DNA of 63,531 bases, filler included, from Globobulimina sp. (Eukaryota), in assembly GCA_003354225.1 (NCBI GenBank). It is 24 parts of 24 records of this genome, joined end to end, with 100 filler letters (N's around TTAATTAATTAA, not from the genome) between each part and the next. Parts side by side here need not be neighbours in the genome. Positions count along the whole stretch, not along the records: positions 10,611 to 13,162 come from PIVH01006022.1; positions 13,263 to 15,814 come from PIVH01006023.1; positions 15,915 to 18,466 come from PIVH01006024.1; positions 18,567 to 21,118 come from PIVH01006025.1; positions 21,219 to 23,770 come from PIVH01006026.1; 19 more parts are not named here. One strand, given 5' to 3'. Both the position numbers and the translations under genes were made by a program. Positions 12,433 through 21,674 of the stretch are shown here, piece by piece. Numbering within the stretch: position 1 is the first letter of the stretch; each line of letters opens with the position of its first letter. The notes below the pieces were generated by a model. It made no database searches and was not told the origin of the DNA. It saw nothing but the letters and a program-made list of their open reading frames with translations.

Positions 12433-12497
12433 AATTGATTATTGATATAAAGGATTGAAAGTGATAAATGCTGTACTCTTTATATCAATAATCAATT
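12433..12497. repeat. Perfect 20-bp inverted repeat with 25-nt loop
   Basis: AATTGATTATTGATATAAAG (12433-12452) and CTTTATATCAATAATCAATT (12478-12497). Confidence 0.95.
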
Positions 12498-12523
12498 ATG
12501 TAAATAAAAATAAAATTAAACAT

Positions 12524-12609
12524 GCCATCATTGAGTAGTGTGGTGAACTCATCAGACTGTAAATCTGTAGCCTAACGGCTTCTTGGTTCGATTCCAAGTG
12601 GTGGCACCA
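12524..12609 (+). tRNA. tRNA-Tyr(GTA), CCA encoded
   Basis: Acceptor GCCATCA/TGGTGGC, D stem GAGT/ACTC, anticodon loop CTGTAAA, long variable arm AGCC/GGCT, T arm CTTGG-TTCGATT-CCAAG, ACCA end. Confidence 0.95.
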
Positions 12610-12788
12610 AATAAAGCATTGATTATGGGGATAGCTTGTAAGGTCTAAAAAAGTTTTGGCCATTCTATAATAATTACCTAAAAGCCCCTGTATTAAATGC
12701 CAGGGAGATGCAGCAACTACGGAAGTATTAGATACAAATTATATCTAAGAAAGTAGACATCGCTGCTCCTCATAGTGAATGCTTTATT
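12610..12788 (+). ncRNA. Putative structured ncRNA B (179 nt)
   Basis: About 25-bp closing stem AATAAAGCATT-G-ATTATGGGGA-TAGC / GCTG-C-TCCTCATAGT-G-AATGCTTTATT. Three internal arms, one with an AGTA/GAA internal loop. Confidence 0.7.
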
Positions 12789-12800
12789 GAATAATTAAAT

Positions 12801-12873
12801 CGAGTAGGCTATAAGGTATGGGCGTAGTCTTGGACTCTTCGCTTAGTTGGTTCGATTCCAACCTACCCGACCA
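12801..12873 (+). tRNA. Atypical tRNA, probably Pro(TGG), CCA encoded
   Basis: Acceptor CGAGTAG/CTACCCG + ACCA (C1-G72, A73 as in Pro) and a perfect T arm GTTGG-TTCGATT-CCAAC. D and anticodon arms are non-canonical (loop CTTGGAC). Confidence 0.7.
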
Positions 12874-12882
12874 TTAAATTAT

Positions 12883-12959
12883 GGTGACGTTCATCCAGTT
12901 GGTTAGGAATACAGACCGTGACTCTGTAGACATGAGTTCAAATCTCATACGTCACACCA
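12883..12959 (+). tRNA. tRNA-His(GTG), CCA encoded
   Basis: G-1 + GTGACGT/ACGTCAC acceptor, anticodon stem ACAGA/TCTGT with loop CCGTGAC, T arm ATGAG-TTCAAAT-CTCAT, ACCA end. Confidence 0.9.
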
Positions 12960-12965
12960 TTTTTA

Positions 12966-13108
12966 ATTATGTATATATGCCCTCGCACCATAAGTTAAAA
13001 GCAAATGATTTTAACTGCAACTGAACAGAAGAGGGTTAACACTTTTCTTATTAAAGAATGTGAGAATATTACTCACTATGGACTGGTGAGGGGACATATA
13101 TACATAAT
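12966..13108 (+). ncRNA. Putative structured ncRNA C (143 nt)
   Basis: Perfect 14-bp ATTATGTATATATG/CATATATACATAAT, continued by CCCTCGC/GTGAGGG and CCATA/TATGG. Internal hairpins AGTTAAAA/TTTTAACT, AGAAGAG/CTTTTCT and GTGAG/CTCAC. Confidence 0.7.
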
Positions 13109-13371
13109 AATTTAATTGTATTGTAAAAAATTGGCCATCTTAGTATACAAAGAAACCACATCNNNNNNNNNNNNNNNNNNNNNNNNNNNNNNNNNNNNNN
13201 NNNNNNTTAATTAATTAANNNNNNNNNNNNNNNNNNNNNNNNNNNNNNNNNNNNNNNNNNNNAATAACACACAAAACGTATGGCGATATTGGATGGGGTC
13301 GAAAGTAATAATCTTAATGAAAATATTGATCGCAAGATAAGCAATGCCACACTTCCATCATTAAACATGTC

Positions 13372-13899
13372 GATGATGTTGCTGTTCATTGTGAGAGAAA
13401 TGGCAAAATACGGTTTTGCATTGACCAAAATAATCCCATTCAGATTAAACTTTGTGATTTTGGATTGGCAGAATTATTTGAAAAAAGTGCAAATTTAACA
13501 TTTGAGTCCAGTAAATATTGTGGAAAAACAAGATATAAATCACCTGAAATAACAAGTAGAAAGAAAGCATTTTGTGCCAAAAGTAATGATATGTGGTGTT
13601 TAGGTATGTTGTTTACAGCAAATCTGTTTTTATTCTGATTTCTGAGCCACATATATTATAAAAAAGGCACCTGTTTATTTATGATAATTATTGGGTCGTC
13701 GGCTTGGACAAAAGCACGTATTGCCGATGCCGGATTTAATTCGATCATTAATGGACAGCTCGTGTCTTTATTAAAGGCGTGGAATAGAATCGAATATGTG
13801 AATGATGACTTAATCCAATTATTTCATTGTTTCTTTAAATATGAAGAGAAGCGAATCGATATTGATTCCTTAAAGAAATGTGCATGGTTAAATTGTTAA
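13372..13899 (+). CDS. Ser/Thr protein kinase, C-terminal fragment (subdomains VII-XI)
   Basis: IKLCDFGLAE...KYCGKTRYKSPE...NDMWCL|GTCLFMIIIG through intron 13604..13666. The catalytic loop is missing upstream. Confidence 0.85.
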
Positions 13900-14489
13900 A
13901 AAATATAAATATTATTATACTATGCTTTTTATTTATTATTATTCCTTCTTTCCCGCTTTTAATTCTATTCTTTATTTATACCCCTTATTAATCTTATCAT
14001 ATGCATCATATTCTTCTTTTCTCTTTTTTGTATATATATTTTTGTGTAAATTATATTTTTTACTTAATAATTCATAAAATTGGAGTGCCGACGTATAATA
14101 TATCTGTTTTTTAATGTGCGTGTCGTAATCGTCCATAGATCTGGATCCAGTTTTTCAATTTGGTTCATAGAACTGGCTAATATCAAAACTAGGATTCGAA
14201 TGTGTTTCAAACAGGTCATATTCAATCAATGGTAATCCCACAAATTAATCCATAAGCACTACTTATATGTTTTTAATTGTATAATATCATAATAATAGTA
14301 ATCCATATTTTGCATGATATCTCTGTAGGTTATTTGAAATTATTTATGGGATCGAAACGTACATATATCGGTAAATGGGTTGTCGAGTAAAGAGAAGAAA
14401 ATGAGAAATATATATTTATAAAAATAATATCATATTGTATTACACAATAAACACGTACTAGAAATATGTCTGTCTGTTTTAAGAACTAA

Positions 14490-15365
14490 CTAATCCAAGA
14501 AACTGCTAATAAATTTGAGCGATGCAAAACCGCCCATCTTATCAATCCGCGGCAACAAAAACAAAAATCTACACAATTCCTCAAACTTATTTTCTTGTTT
14601 GCATTTTTCCACTGCAAATGCCATAAATCTATCCAATAAATCAAACCGTTGGTTATTCACTCCAATCCCGCTGGTTTTGGGTGGAAACTCAATAGATTCT
14701 TCGTCCATAATCTCTGCGCGAATCAACTTATGCCACAATGCCCGAAATTGCGAATATCTCCGAAAGATTCGCTTACTGCCACTCACTCCGTTACATATAC
14801 GAAACTCCAATGCGTATTTTGTAACACTCTCTAGATCTAAAAATCCATTGCAATATTCCGTATACCTCAGCTTAATCGTCGCTGTTTTCAGATTTATAGC
14901 CATGGACTTCTTATCCCGCACAAAAGAGATATTATTCACATATTTCGTCGAAACCATCGCATATTCGTCCTGCACATACTTGGTCGCAATCACATTCTCA
15001 TTCAACTCCGCATCGAACACAAGTGCATACTTCCCTTTTTTATTAAACTTATCCGGGTCGAAACTGACTATATCCGCATAAACATAGGAATGATACACAA
15101 AAATATTGCTCACATTGGCAAATATCCCAGCAATCATATTCATATTCAACGTGCCGTCGGCATCACAGTTAAAAAACTTGTGTGGATAAAACTGTTTAAT
15201 CGCTAAATTAATATGTAACACACCGATGGAATCAAGGATTTTCTTAAAGAAATAAACGGAATGAAAGCTTTCTTGCGACACTAAAATGTTGATATAATTG
15301 TTGATGGCGCGCCGATATTCTTTGATTTCGTCCTCGGTCAAACACTCAAACAACGTCGCCACCAT
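14490..15365 (-). CDS. PX-domain protein (probably 5'-truncated)
   Basis: C-terminal TKYALEF...IFRRYSQFRALWHKL...EFPPKT...RFDLLDRFM...LCRFL is a PX signature. Confidence 0.75.
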   Translation of the reverse strand: MVATLFECLTEDEIKEYRRAINNYINILVSQESFHSVYFFKKILDSIGVLHINLAIKQFYPHKFFNCDADGTLNMNMIAGIFANVSNIFVYHSYVYADIVSFDPDKFNKKGKYALVFDAELNENVIATKYVQDEYAMVSTKYVNNISFVRDKKSMAINLKTATIKLRYTEYCNGFLDLESVTKYALEFRICNGVSGSKRIFRRYSQFRALWHKLIRAEIMDEESIEFPPKTSGIGVNNQRFDLLDRFMAFAVEKCKQENKFEELCRFLFLLPRIDKMGGFASLKFISSFLD

Positions 15366-15495
15366 TTGATTGCCACCATAATATTCATTATACCATCATC
15401 TGTTGTGTTTGAGTGGTGGATTGCCACTCAATTCCTTTCTCAATCCTTTTCTCAATTCATTTTTTCAATCAACTCATTTATTTGAATATATTTGT

Positions 15496-15568
15496 TGGGG
15501 CTGCCTCAGGCTTTGAACCTGAATCTTCTGGATATATCTATCCAGTGCTCTACTTGAGCTAGGTAGGA
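15496..15568 (-). pseudogene. tRNA-like sequence (pseudogene or SINE head)
   Basis: TAGCTCAAGTAGAGC D arm, CTGGA/TCCAG stem with an 8-nt loop, TCAGG-TTCAAAG-CCTGA T arm. Acceptor stem is mismatched. Confidence 0.7.
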
Positions 15569-16117
15569 GTTTGAGGACTGTGCGTTGGATTCGATTGCAT
15601 TTGCAATCAATCGTCCAATGACTGACTTTGCTGTTCGCCTTCACTTTCAGACGAACGAGAAGATGACTGCATGCTTGACATTACAGAGGTAAAGTTTTCC
15701 ATGTCGAGCATTTAATGTTAAACATGAAAAAGCTTGGAGGCGCAGTTCGAAAACCTCCACAAAGCTGTTCCACATCACCAAAAGCTCCACATTGCAGATC
15801 CGCAATAAATGAGCNNNNNNNNNNNNNNNNNNNNNNNNNNNNNNNNNNNNNNNNNNNNTTAATTAATTAANNNNNNNNNNNNNNNNNNNNNNNNNNNNNN
15901 NNNNNNNNNNNNNNTGTTCACGAAGACAATCATGGTTCAATAAAAGTAGTAACGAAACTTGGATTAAGCTTTGTGAGACAGATTGAAATTCAGGAGCGTG
16001 GTAAAAGGGATATTTACTTAATTGAAAAATGAACATAACTGGTACCTCAAGCAGAAAATCCTATAAACTTTGTGAAATCTAAAATTTATTATAGTGGTAA
16101 TCATTTGGAAATAATCA

Positions 16118-18394
16118 ATGACATCGACTAACAGATGGCCCTCCCATGGATGGATTGGCATCGGTCTTGTAGTTTTGTTCTGGATTCTGAACTGGACATT
16201 ACCAGGCCTTCGGACCCAATGGGCATTTTTCCCACTTTGGTTAGGATACAGTCTCACCGTGGATGCGCTCGTATTTTATCGCAAGGGTGAATCCATGTTG
16301 ACACGTAATATCCGGGCATATGTCAGATTATTCATCATTTCTACATTGGGTTGGTGGCTTTTTGAAATTTTTAATCTGCGTCTTCAGAATTGGTTTTATG
16401 ATGGTCGGGAGTTTTTCACCGATTTGCAATATGAGTTCAGCAAAACATACCGGACCAATTACGGTAAAAAACATAATAATTTTTATTGGCTCGGAAAAAA
16501 TCTGAAAATCTCAGTCCGTGCGTTTGGAACTGTCATGAAACATGGACAAATTAGCAAGTTTTATCATGGAATTGGTGAACAATTATTGTTTCCCGCATAT
16601 ATTAACAACAGCGACTCCTACGCTGCAATGTATTGCCCGCTGTCAACATCGTCCTCGTTTGAAGTGGCCACTAATTTTACCAATCAGAATAAAGGGCTAA
16701 TTATACATTTTGGTGATACGCAGGGGAGTTCAAAATATTTCTCATGCGAATGGCTGTCAGATTTTGCAAATGAAAAAGAATTTTTATTTATTCAAAACTC
16801 AAATTGGTCATTTCAAATATTTAATATTTTTGATGCTAACTCAGGCTACGAATATGGAAAAATATTAGTGGCGCTGGAAAATATTGATTTAATTCTCACC
16901 AACAACACTGACAAAGATGTCAGTTGCGACACAGCATTGATTTTATTGATACGCGCTATTATTCACAATCAATTATCCCGTAAACTAGCAAAATACAAAG
17001 CATTTAAATCACTGAGCCGGTATGGTCATAAAATATGTAATCAGTATTTTAACAATTTTAAAGGAACATTGCGAGTCAATTCATATTCAAAATGGAGAGC
17101 CAAATATGCATCGATGTTAGAAATACTTGCATTGGAAGCAAATCAAGAATGGGTTGATGTTTGTTTGCTTGTGGCGTTGTTCCCGCACATTACACAAATT
17201 AAAATTAGAAATATTGCTTTGTGTTCAGACATGTTTGATAATATATTTTTGTTTTTTGCAAACAGAAATTCTGAATCCAAGCTTGAGGAATTTTGTTTTA
17301 TACTTTTTAACAAAATGCATTGTGTAGGAATAGAAGATATTATCCAAAGATATTCTGTAATCGCTAGAAAACATAACATTTTTATATGGAAAAAAATGAA
17401 TGGTTCTTTAACAAAAATAAGCATTAAAGTTGTGAGTCAATTGAATTTTGCAATATATGTATTTTTTAATTATGGATCCATTTATTTTAAAGATCAGCAA
17501 AATGAAATTGAAAATTTGTTGAATAAATTGATTCGAACAGAAATGTCAATTGCAGACATTGATAAATCTGCAGATGACAATCAACAGAAAATATTCCATA
17601 AGCGATGTATTGGCAAAACATTCATGGTCGTGGACTGGTGTGCGGTGCTTAAAAAACAACATTTATTTAATTTATTTTATCATTCAAAGTTTGAATGGAT
17701 TAAACTTGAATTTATTACTGAAATATTTACAAATCTTAAGACATTATGTTTGAAAAATATTAATTTGTCTCAGTTAGTTATGAATAATATTTTGGAGTAT
17801 TTTGCAAAAAGAAAAAAGAAAGCGACATTAAATAAAATAGAGATTCAAATAACAAATAAAAATGGTTTGTTATCAATAAAAGAAGCAATAGATGGGAATT
17901 CCAACGCATTTGCAAATATAAACATATATTTATATCAATCAATGATGCATAGAAATCACGAAAGCTTATACATTGATGCATGTCTGTCAACAGTTGAATT
18001 TGCTGTGCTTTTGATTACAGAAATGGATAGCATTTATTTTCAAGATATACACGATAAAATGGTTAATTTGACGGAGTTATTTATAAAAACAGAAATTGCA
18101 AACTCTACTTCATCAAAAAGTAATGTTATTTGTAAAGAGCAGGAAGCGTTTCATAAAAGGTGCAGTCAAATAACAACAATATATGTTGCATACAATGAAA
18201 ATTCATATTTATTTAATTTATTTTGTCATTCCGAACATGAATGGATGAAAATCAGAATGTTTAATCAATTATTTACAAATTTAAAATGGTTGACTCTGAA
18301 GGATATAAATTTATGTTTCTTCGTAATGGATGATTTATGTTTCTTCGTACCATTTATATGCTTCTGCTCCTTTTTGTTGATATTTGTTCATTGA
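16118..18394 (+). CDS. Composite ORF: bacterial-type membrane protein N-terminus, then ART-like domain and three repeated modules
   Basis: Residues 1-~105 are Trp-rich TM helices in less AT-rich DNA. Then DLQYEFSKTYR...KFYHG...CPLSTSSSFEVA...LSDFANEKEFLF, and three LF..S..EW....LF.NL..L.LK.INL-like modules. Confidence 0.7.
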   Translation: MTSTNRWPSHGWIGIGLVVLFWILNWTLPGLRTQWAFFPLWLGYSLTVDALVFYRKGESMLTRNIRAYVRLFIISTLGWWLFEIFNLRLQNWFYDGREFFTDLQYEFSKTYRTNYGKKHNNFYWLGKNLKISVRAFGTVMKHGQISKFYHGIGEQLLFPAYINNSDSYAAMYCPLSTSSSFEVATNFTNQNKGLIIHFGDTQGSSKYFSCEWLSDFANEKEFLFIQNSNWSFQIFNIFDANSGYEYGKILVALENIDLILTNNTDKDVSCDTALILLIRAIIHNQLSRKLAKYKAFKSLSRYGHKICNQYFNNFKGTLRVNSYSKWRAKYASMLEILALEANQEWVDVCLLVALFPHITQIKIRNIALCSDMFDNIFLFFANRNSESKLEEFCFILFNKMHCVGIEDIIQRYSVIARKHNIFIWKKMNGSLTKISIKVVSQLNFAIYVFFNYGSIYFKDQQNEIENLLNKLIRTEMSIADIDKSADDNQQKIFHKRCIGKTFMVVDWCAVLKKQHLFNLFYHSKFEWIKLEFITEIFTNLKTLCLKNINLSQLVMNNILEYFAKRKKKATLNKIEIQITNKNGLLSIKEAIDGNSNAFANINIYLYQSMMHRNHESLYIDACLSTVEFAVLLITEMDSIYFQDIHDKMVNLTELFIKTEIANSTSSKSNVICKEQEAFHKRCSQITTIYVAYNENSYLFNLFCHSEHEWMKIRMFNQLFTNLKWLTLKDINLCFFVMDDLCFFVPFICFCSFLLIFVH

Positions 18395-18931
18395 TACTCC
18401 TTCTAAATGTGCGTCGTGTATCCAATTGGCACACGAACCACTCTCTAAATCATTTGCGGCGCATTCNNNNNNNNNNNNNNNNNNNNNNNNNNNNNNNNNN
18501 NNNNNNNNNNTTAATTAATTAANNNNNNNNNNNNNNNNNNNNNNNNNNNNNNNNNNNNNNNNNNNNAAAATACAAGCAACCACAGAAAATAGACTGCCAT
18601 CCAAATGACTAAAATGAAAACTTTGCTGAAGAATGCACCAAAAAAAAATTGAATTCGCATCCAAAAATATAAACAAACAGCTGTATAAAAAAAACAGAAA
18701 AAAAAAACCGAAAGTTTAATATATAAACGAAGTAAAACGAACACAAAAATAAATAAGGTCTATAAAATTTTTTCGAAACTAAAGAATCAATACAACAGAT
18801 ATCACGCGAACAGCAGCAACCGTCAAATGCCAACAGCACTCATAAAAAAAACATATTATATTGAATTGAATTCATTAATAATAATAATAAAAAAAAAACA
18901 CAACGTGGATCGAACAATGTAATAAGCAATT

Positions 18932-20776
18932 TTACAAATTCTCAAATATTTTTTTGCCATCAAAGGTAAAATCCTCAAACGGCGCATATTTCCTCTTTGA
19001 GCCTTCCGGCGATTCAATAGCCATTCCAGTAAACTCCGGATCAAAATTAGCACCGCCAATCACACCATGCTTATCCTTGGACAACCTCGGCCTGAAAGGA
19101 GGTTCAATCTCTTTCCTGTACAATTGTTCCCAATGGATAGTCTGAAAGAATATGTGTGCCTGGACCTCTTTGGCGCCATTCCGCGCTCCCAATCTATACT
19201 TCGGATTGCGTTGCATTAATTGTTTCACAATGTCGATGGATTGGCGACTAAAATAATTTGGAAACCTTATCTTTTGTCGCAATATCTTATCAAACAAAGC
19301 ATCCCTCGATCGACTATAGAACGGCGGCACTCCGCATAGCATTTCATAGATTAACGCGCCTAATGTCCACCAATCCGCCGCCTTTCCATGGCCTACTTTG
19401 CGTAATATCTCTGGTGCCAAATATTCCGGCGTGCCGCAGAAAGAATGCGCCGACACATTATCGGGCACATTTTCCTTACAAAGGCCAAAATCAGTAATTT
19501 TAACATGTCCCGTACTGTCTAATAAGATATTCTCGGGCTTTATTCATTCAGTATAACATAAAAAGAGCGTAATATATATAATATAGCCACAAACCTTTAA
19601 ATCTCTATAAATGATATCCTTACAATGCAAATAGTCGACAGCTAAGACAATTTCTGCAATATAAAAACGTGTGCGATCTTCGGTGAAGCGGCCAGCTTTG
19701 GATAAATGGAAAAATAGCTCGCCGCCGGCGCAGTAATCCAACACTAAAAATAACTTAAAGTCAGTTTGAAATGCATAATGCAATGAGACTAAAAAGGGAT
19801 GATCCAAATAGCCCAACACGCGGCGCTCAGTCTTAGTATGTTCCACTTGATGCCGTTGGAACACCCGCTGCTTTTTAAGGCATTTCATAGCGAAGATCTT
19901 CTTATCATTCTTCTTGCGGACAAGCAAGACCTTACCAAAGGAGCCTTTGCCGAGAACTTTTAATAAGATAAAATCCTCCACAACGCACGACAAGCCACGG
20001 CCGCCATGGTTGCCATCCCCTGCGTCTTGCTGGCTGTCATCGATATTGTCCCCCAATAATTTATGCTTTTGCCAGTCCAAATATTCTGATAAATCTATGT
20101 ATATCGATATCAATTTTTATATATCTTATCCTCGCACATGGTGCTTATACATACATTTTGTTTGTTGTACATCAGGATTTGTGATGATGCCATCCAACCA
20201 TCGATCCAATGCCAATCGCATTTCGCGCAAAAAAGGTGCCTCGGCATTGGCCATATTGGAGGAATTGTTTGTAATTGCACTCGAATTGGATAATCCGCCC
20301 GATTTGATGCCAGAACTAAAGGCAAATTTGCTTCGTTTTGAGGTGGATGTATCTGAGGAAAGGGATGAATTTGGGACAGAAGTTTCAGAGGCTACGCCAT
20401 AGGGAAATAATGCAAAAGGTCGTAGTTGAGAGTTGGTGGCCTTTTGTAGGTTTTTGCGTAAATCTATAAATTCGGTCAAGGCTCTATCGACTGCCCAACT
20501 GTGGTTGTTATATTCCACAGAGATTCGAAATTTTATCTCAGGATATTCTATCTTTGCGGCTGCTTTGTTTTTGTGTCTATTTTTATTTACATTTTTCTCT
20601 TTTTTGGCGGGTAATTTTGGTTTTTTTTTAGATTGCTGTTTGGCTTCATCCTGTTTATCCATTTCTTGTTTTAATTCATCCAAATTTATTTGCAGTATGC
20701 GCGTCGATACGTTTCTTGTTTGCGATTTGGAGGATTGCGTATCATTCTTATGTTTCCGTCGAAACAGAAATGCCAT
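18932..20776 (-). CDS. AGC-family protein kinase with PX-like N-terminus (SGK3/Akt-like), 3 exons
   Basis: LGKGSFGKV, AMKCL, YRDLK|PENILL, DFG, GTPEYLAPE and hydrophobic motif FEDFTF. Introns 20154..20095 and 19594..19538. Confidence 0.95.
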
Positions 20777-21218
20777 TGTAATATGTATAATTAATTAGTT
20801 ATGCGATTTAATTAATATGCTCCATGCTGAGAAAAGATGAAAAACTGTCCCGGAAAACTGTGTTTACTTTGCATGCGTTTTTGACGGATTTAAACGATTG
20901 CAACGCTATCTATCCTCGCACCCAGACCTCGTCGAAACTCGAAATAGAACGGTCATAAATGACCAGTACAGACTGTACAGTTTTACTTTATAAATGTTTC
21001 TAACGATGACAGTTAAAAAATATAAAATCATAGGATTTATAAGTCTTTTTTGGCCCCAAATTTCTGTTTTAAATTTTTGAAGTTTAGATTATCTTTCATT
21101 TGCTGCTTCAATTTTTGANNNNNNNNNNNNNNNNNNNNNNNNNNNNNNNNNNNNNNNNNNNNTTAATTAATTAANNNNNNNNNNNNNNNNNNNNNNNNNN
21201 NNNNNNNNNNNNNNNNNN

Positions 21219-21587
21219 GAAGTGAGTAGTGTGAATACCGATGATTTGGATAAAATTGTTGAAAAAAATGCAGTAAATGCGGAAATTGTAGAGTTAAGTG
21301 ATAAAATATTAGATACAGATTATACAAAATGGGATGGGAATGATATTTTATTATGGATTATTCGATTAAAACCGAATGATTTCATGCAATATGAAGGTGT
21401 ATTGCAGGCTAAATTGAGTGAAAAAAATATTATCGGCGGGCAATTTGGAATGTTGACAAAGAATGATTTACAATCATTTGGTATAAAGGAGAAGGACAGT
21501 ATTTATATTTCAAAACAAATTGAACAATTAGTTAGTTGCTATAATGAGGATTTATTGGATGAAATGTATGATGATGAGGAATTATAA
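21219..21587 (+). CDS. SAM-domain protein, C-terminal fragment
   Basis: W...DIL.WI......Y...L....I.G.....L...DL.SFGI pattern. Open from the contig start. Confidence 0.7.
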   Translation, partial: EVSSVNTDDLDKIVEKNAVNAEIVELSDKILDTDYTKWDGNDILLWIIRLKPNDFMQYEGVLQAKLSEKNIIGGQFGMLTKNDLQSFGIKEKDSIYISKQIEQLVSCYNEDLLDEMYDDEEL

Positions 21588-21674
21588 CATCTCTTTTTGT
21601 CTGGAAATAGTACGTCACGTGTTTTATTTTACATTTCGATCAGAATATAACTCCGATTCCAATATTTTACATCA

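Noticed and set aside
13133-13162. GGCCATCTTAGTATA, possible start of a fourth tRNA
   Set aside because: Cut off by the contig end with no anticodon or T arm, so it cannot be called.
13263-13372. Kinase lacking its catalytic loop
   Set aside because: The upstream frame is closed and unrelated, so probably a chimeric contig start rather than a real pseudokinase.
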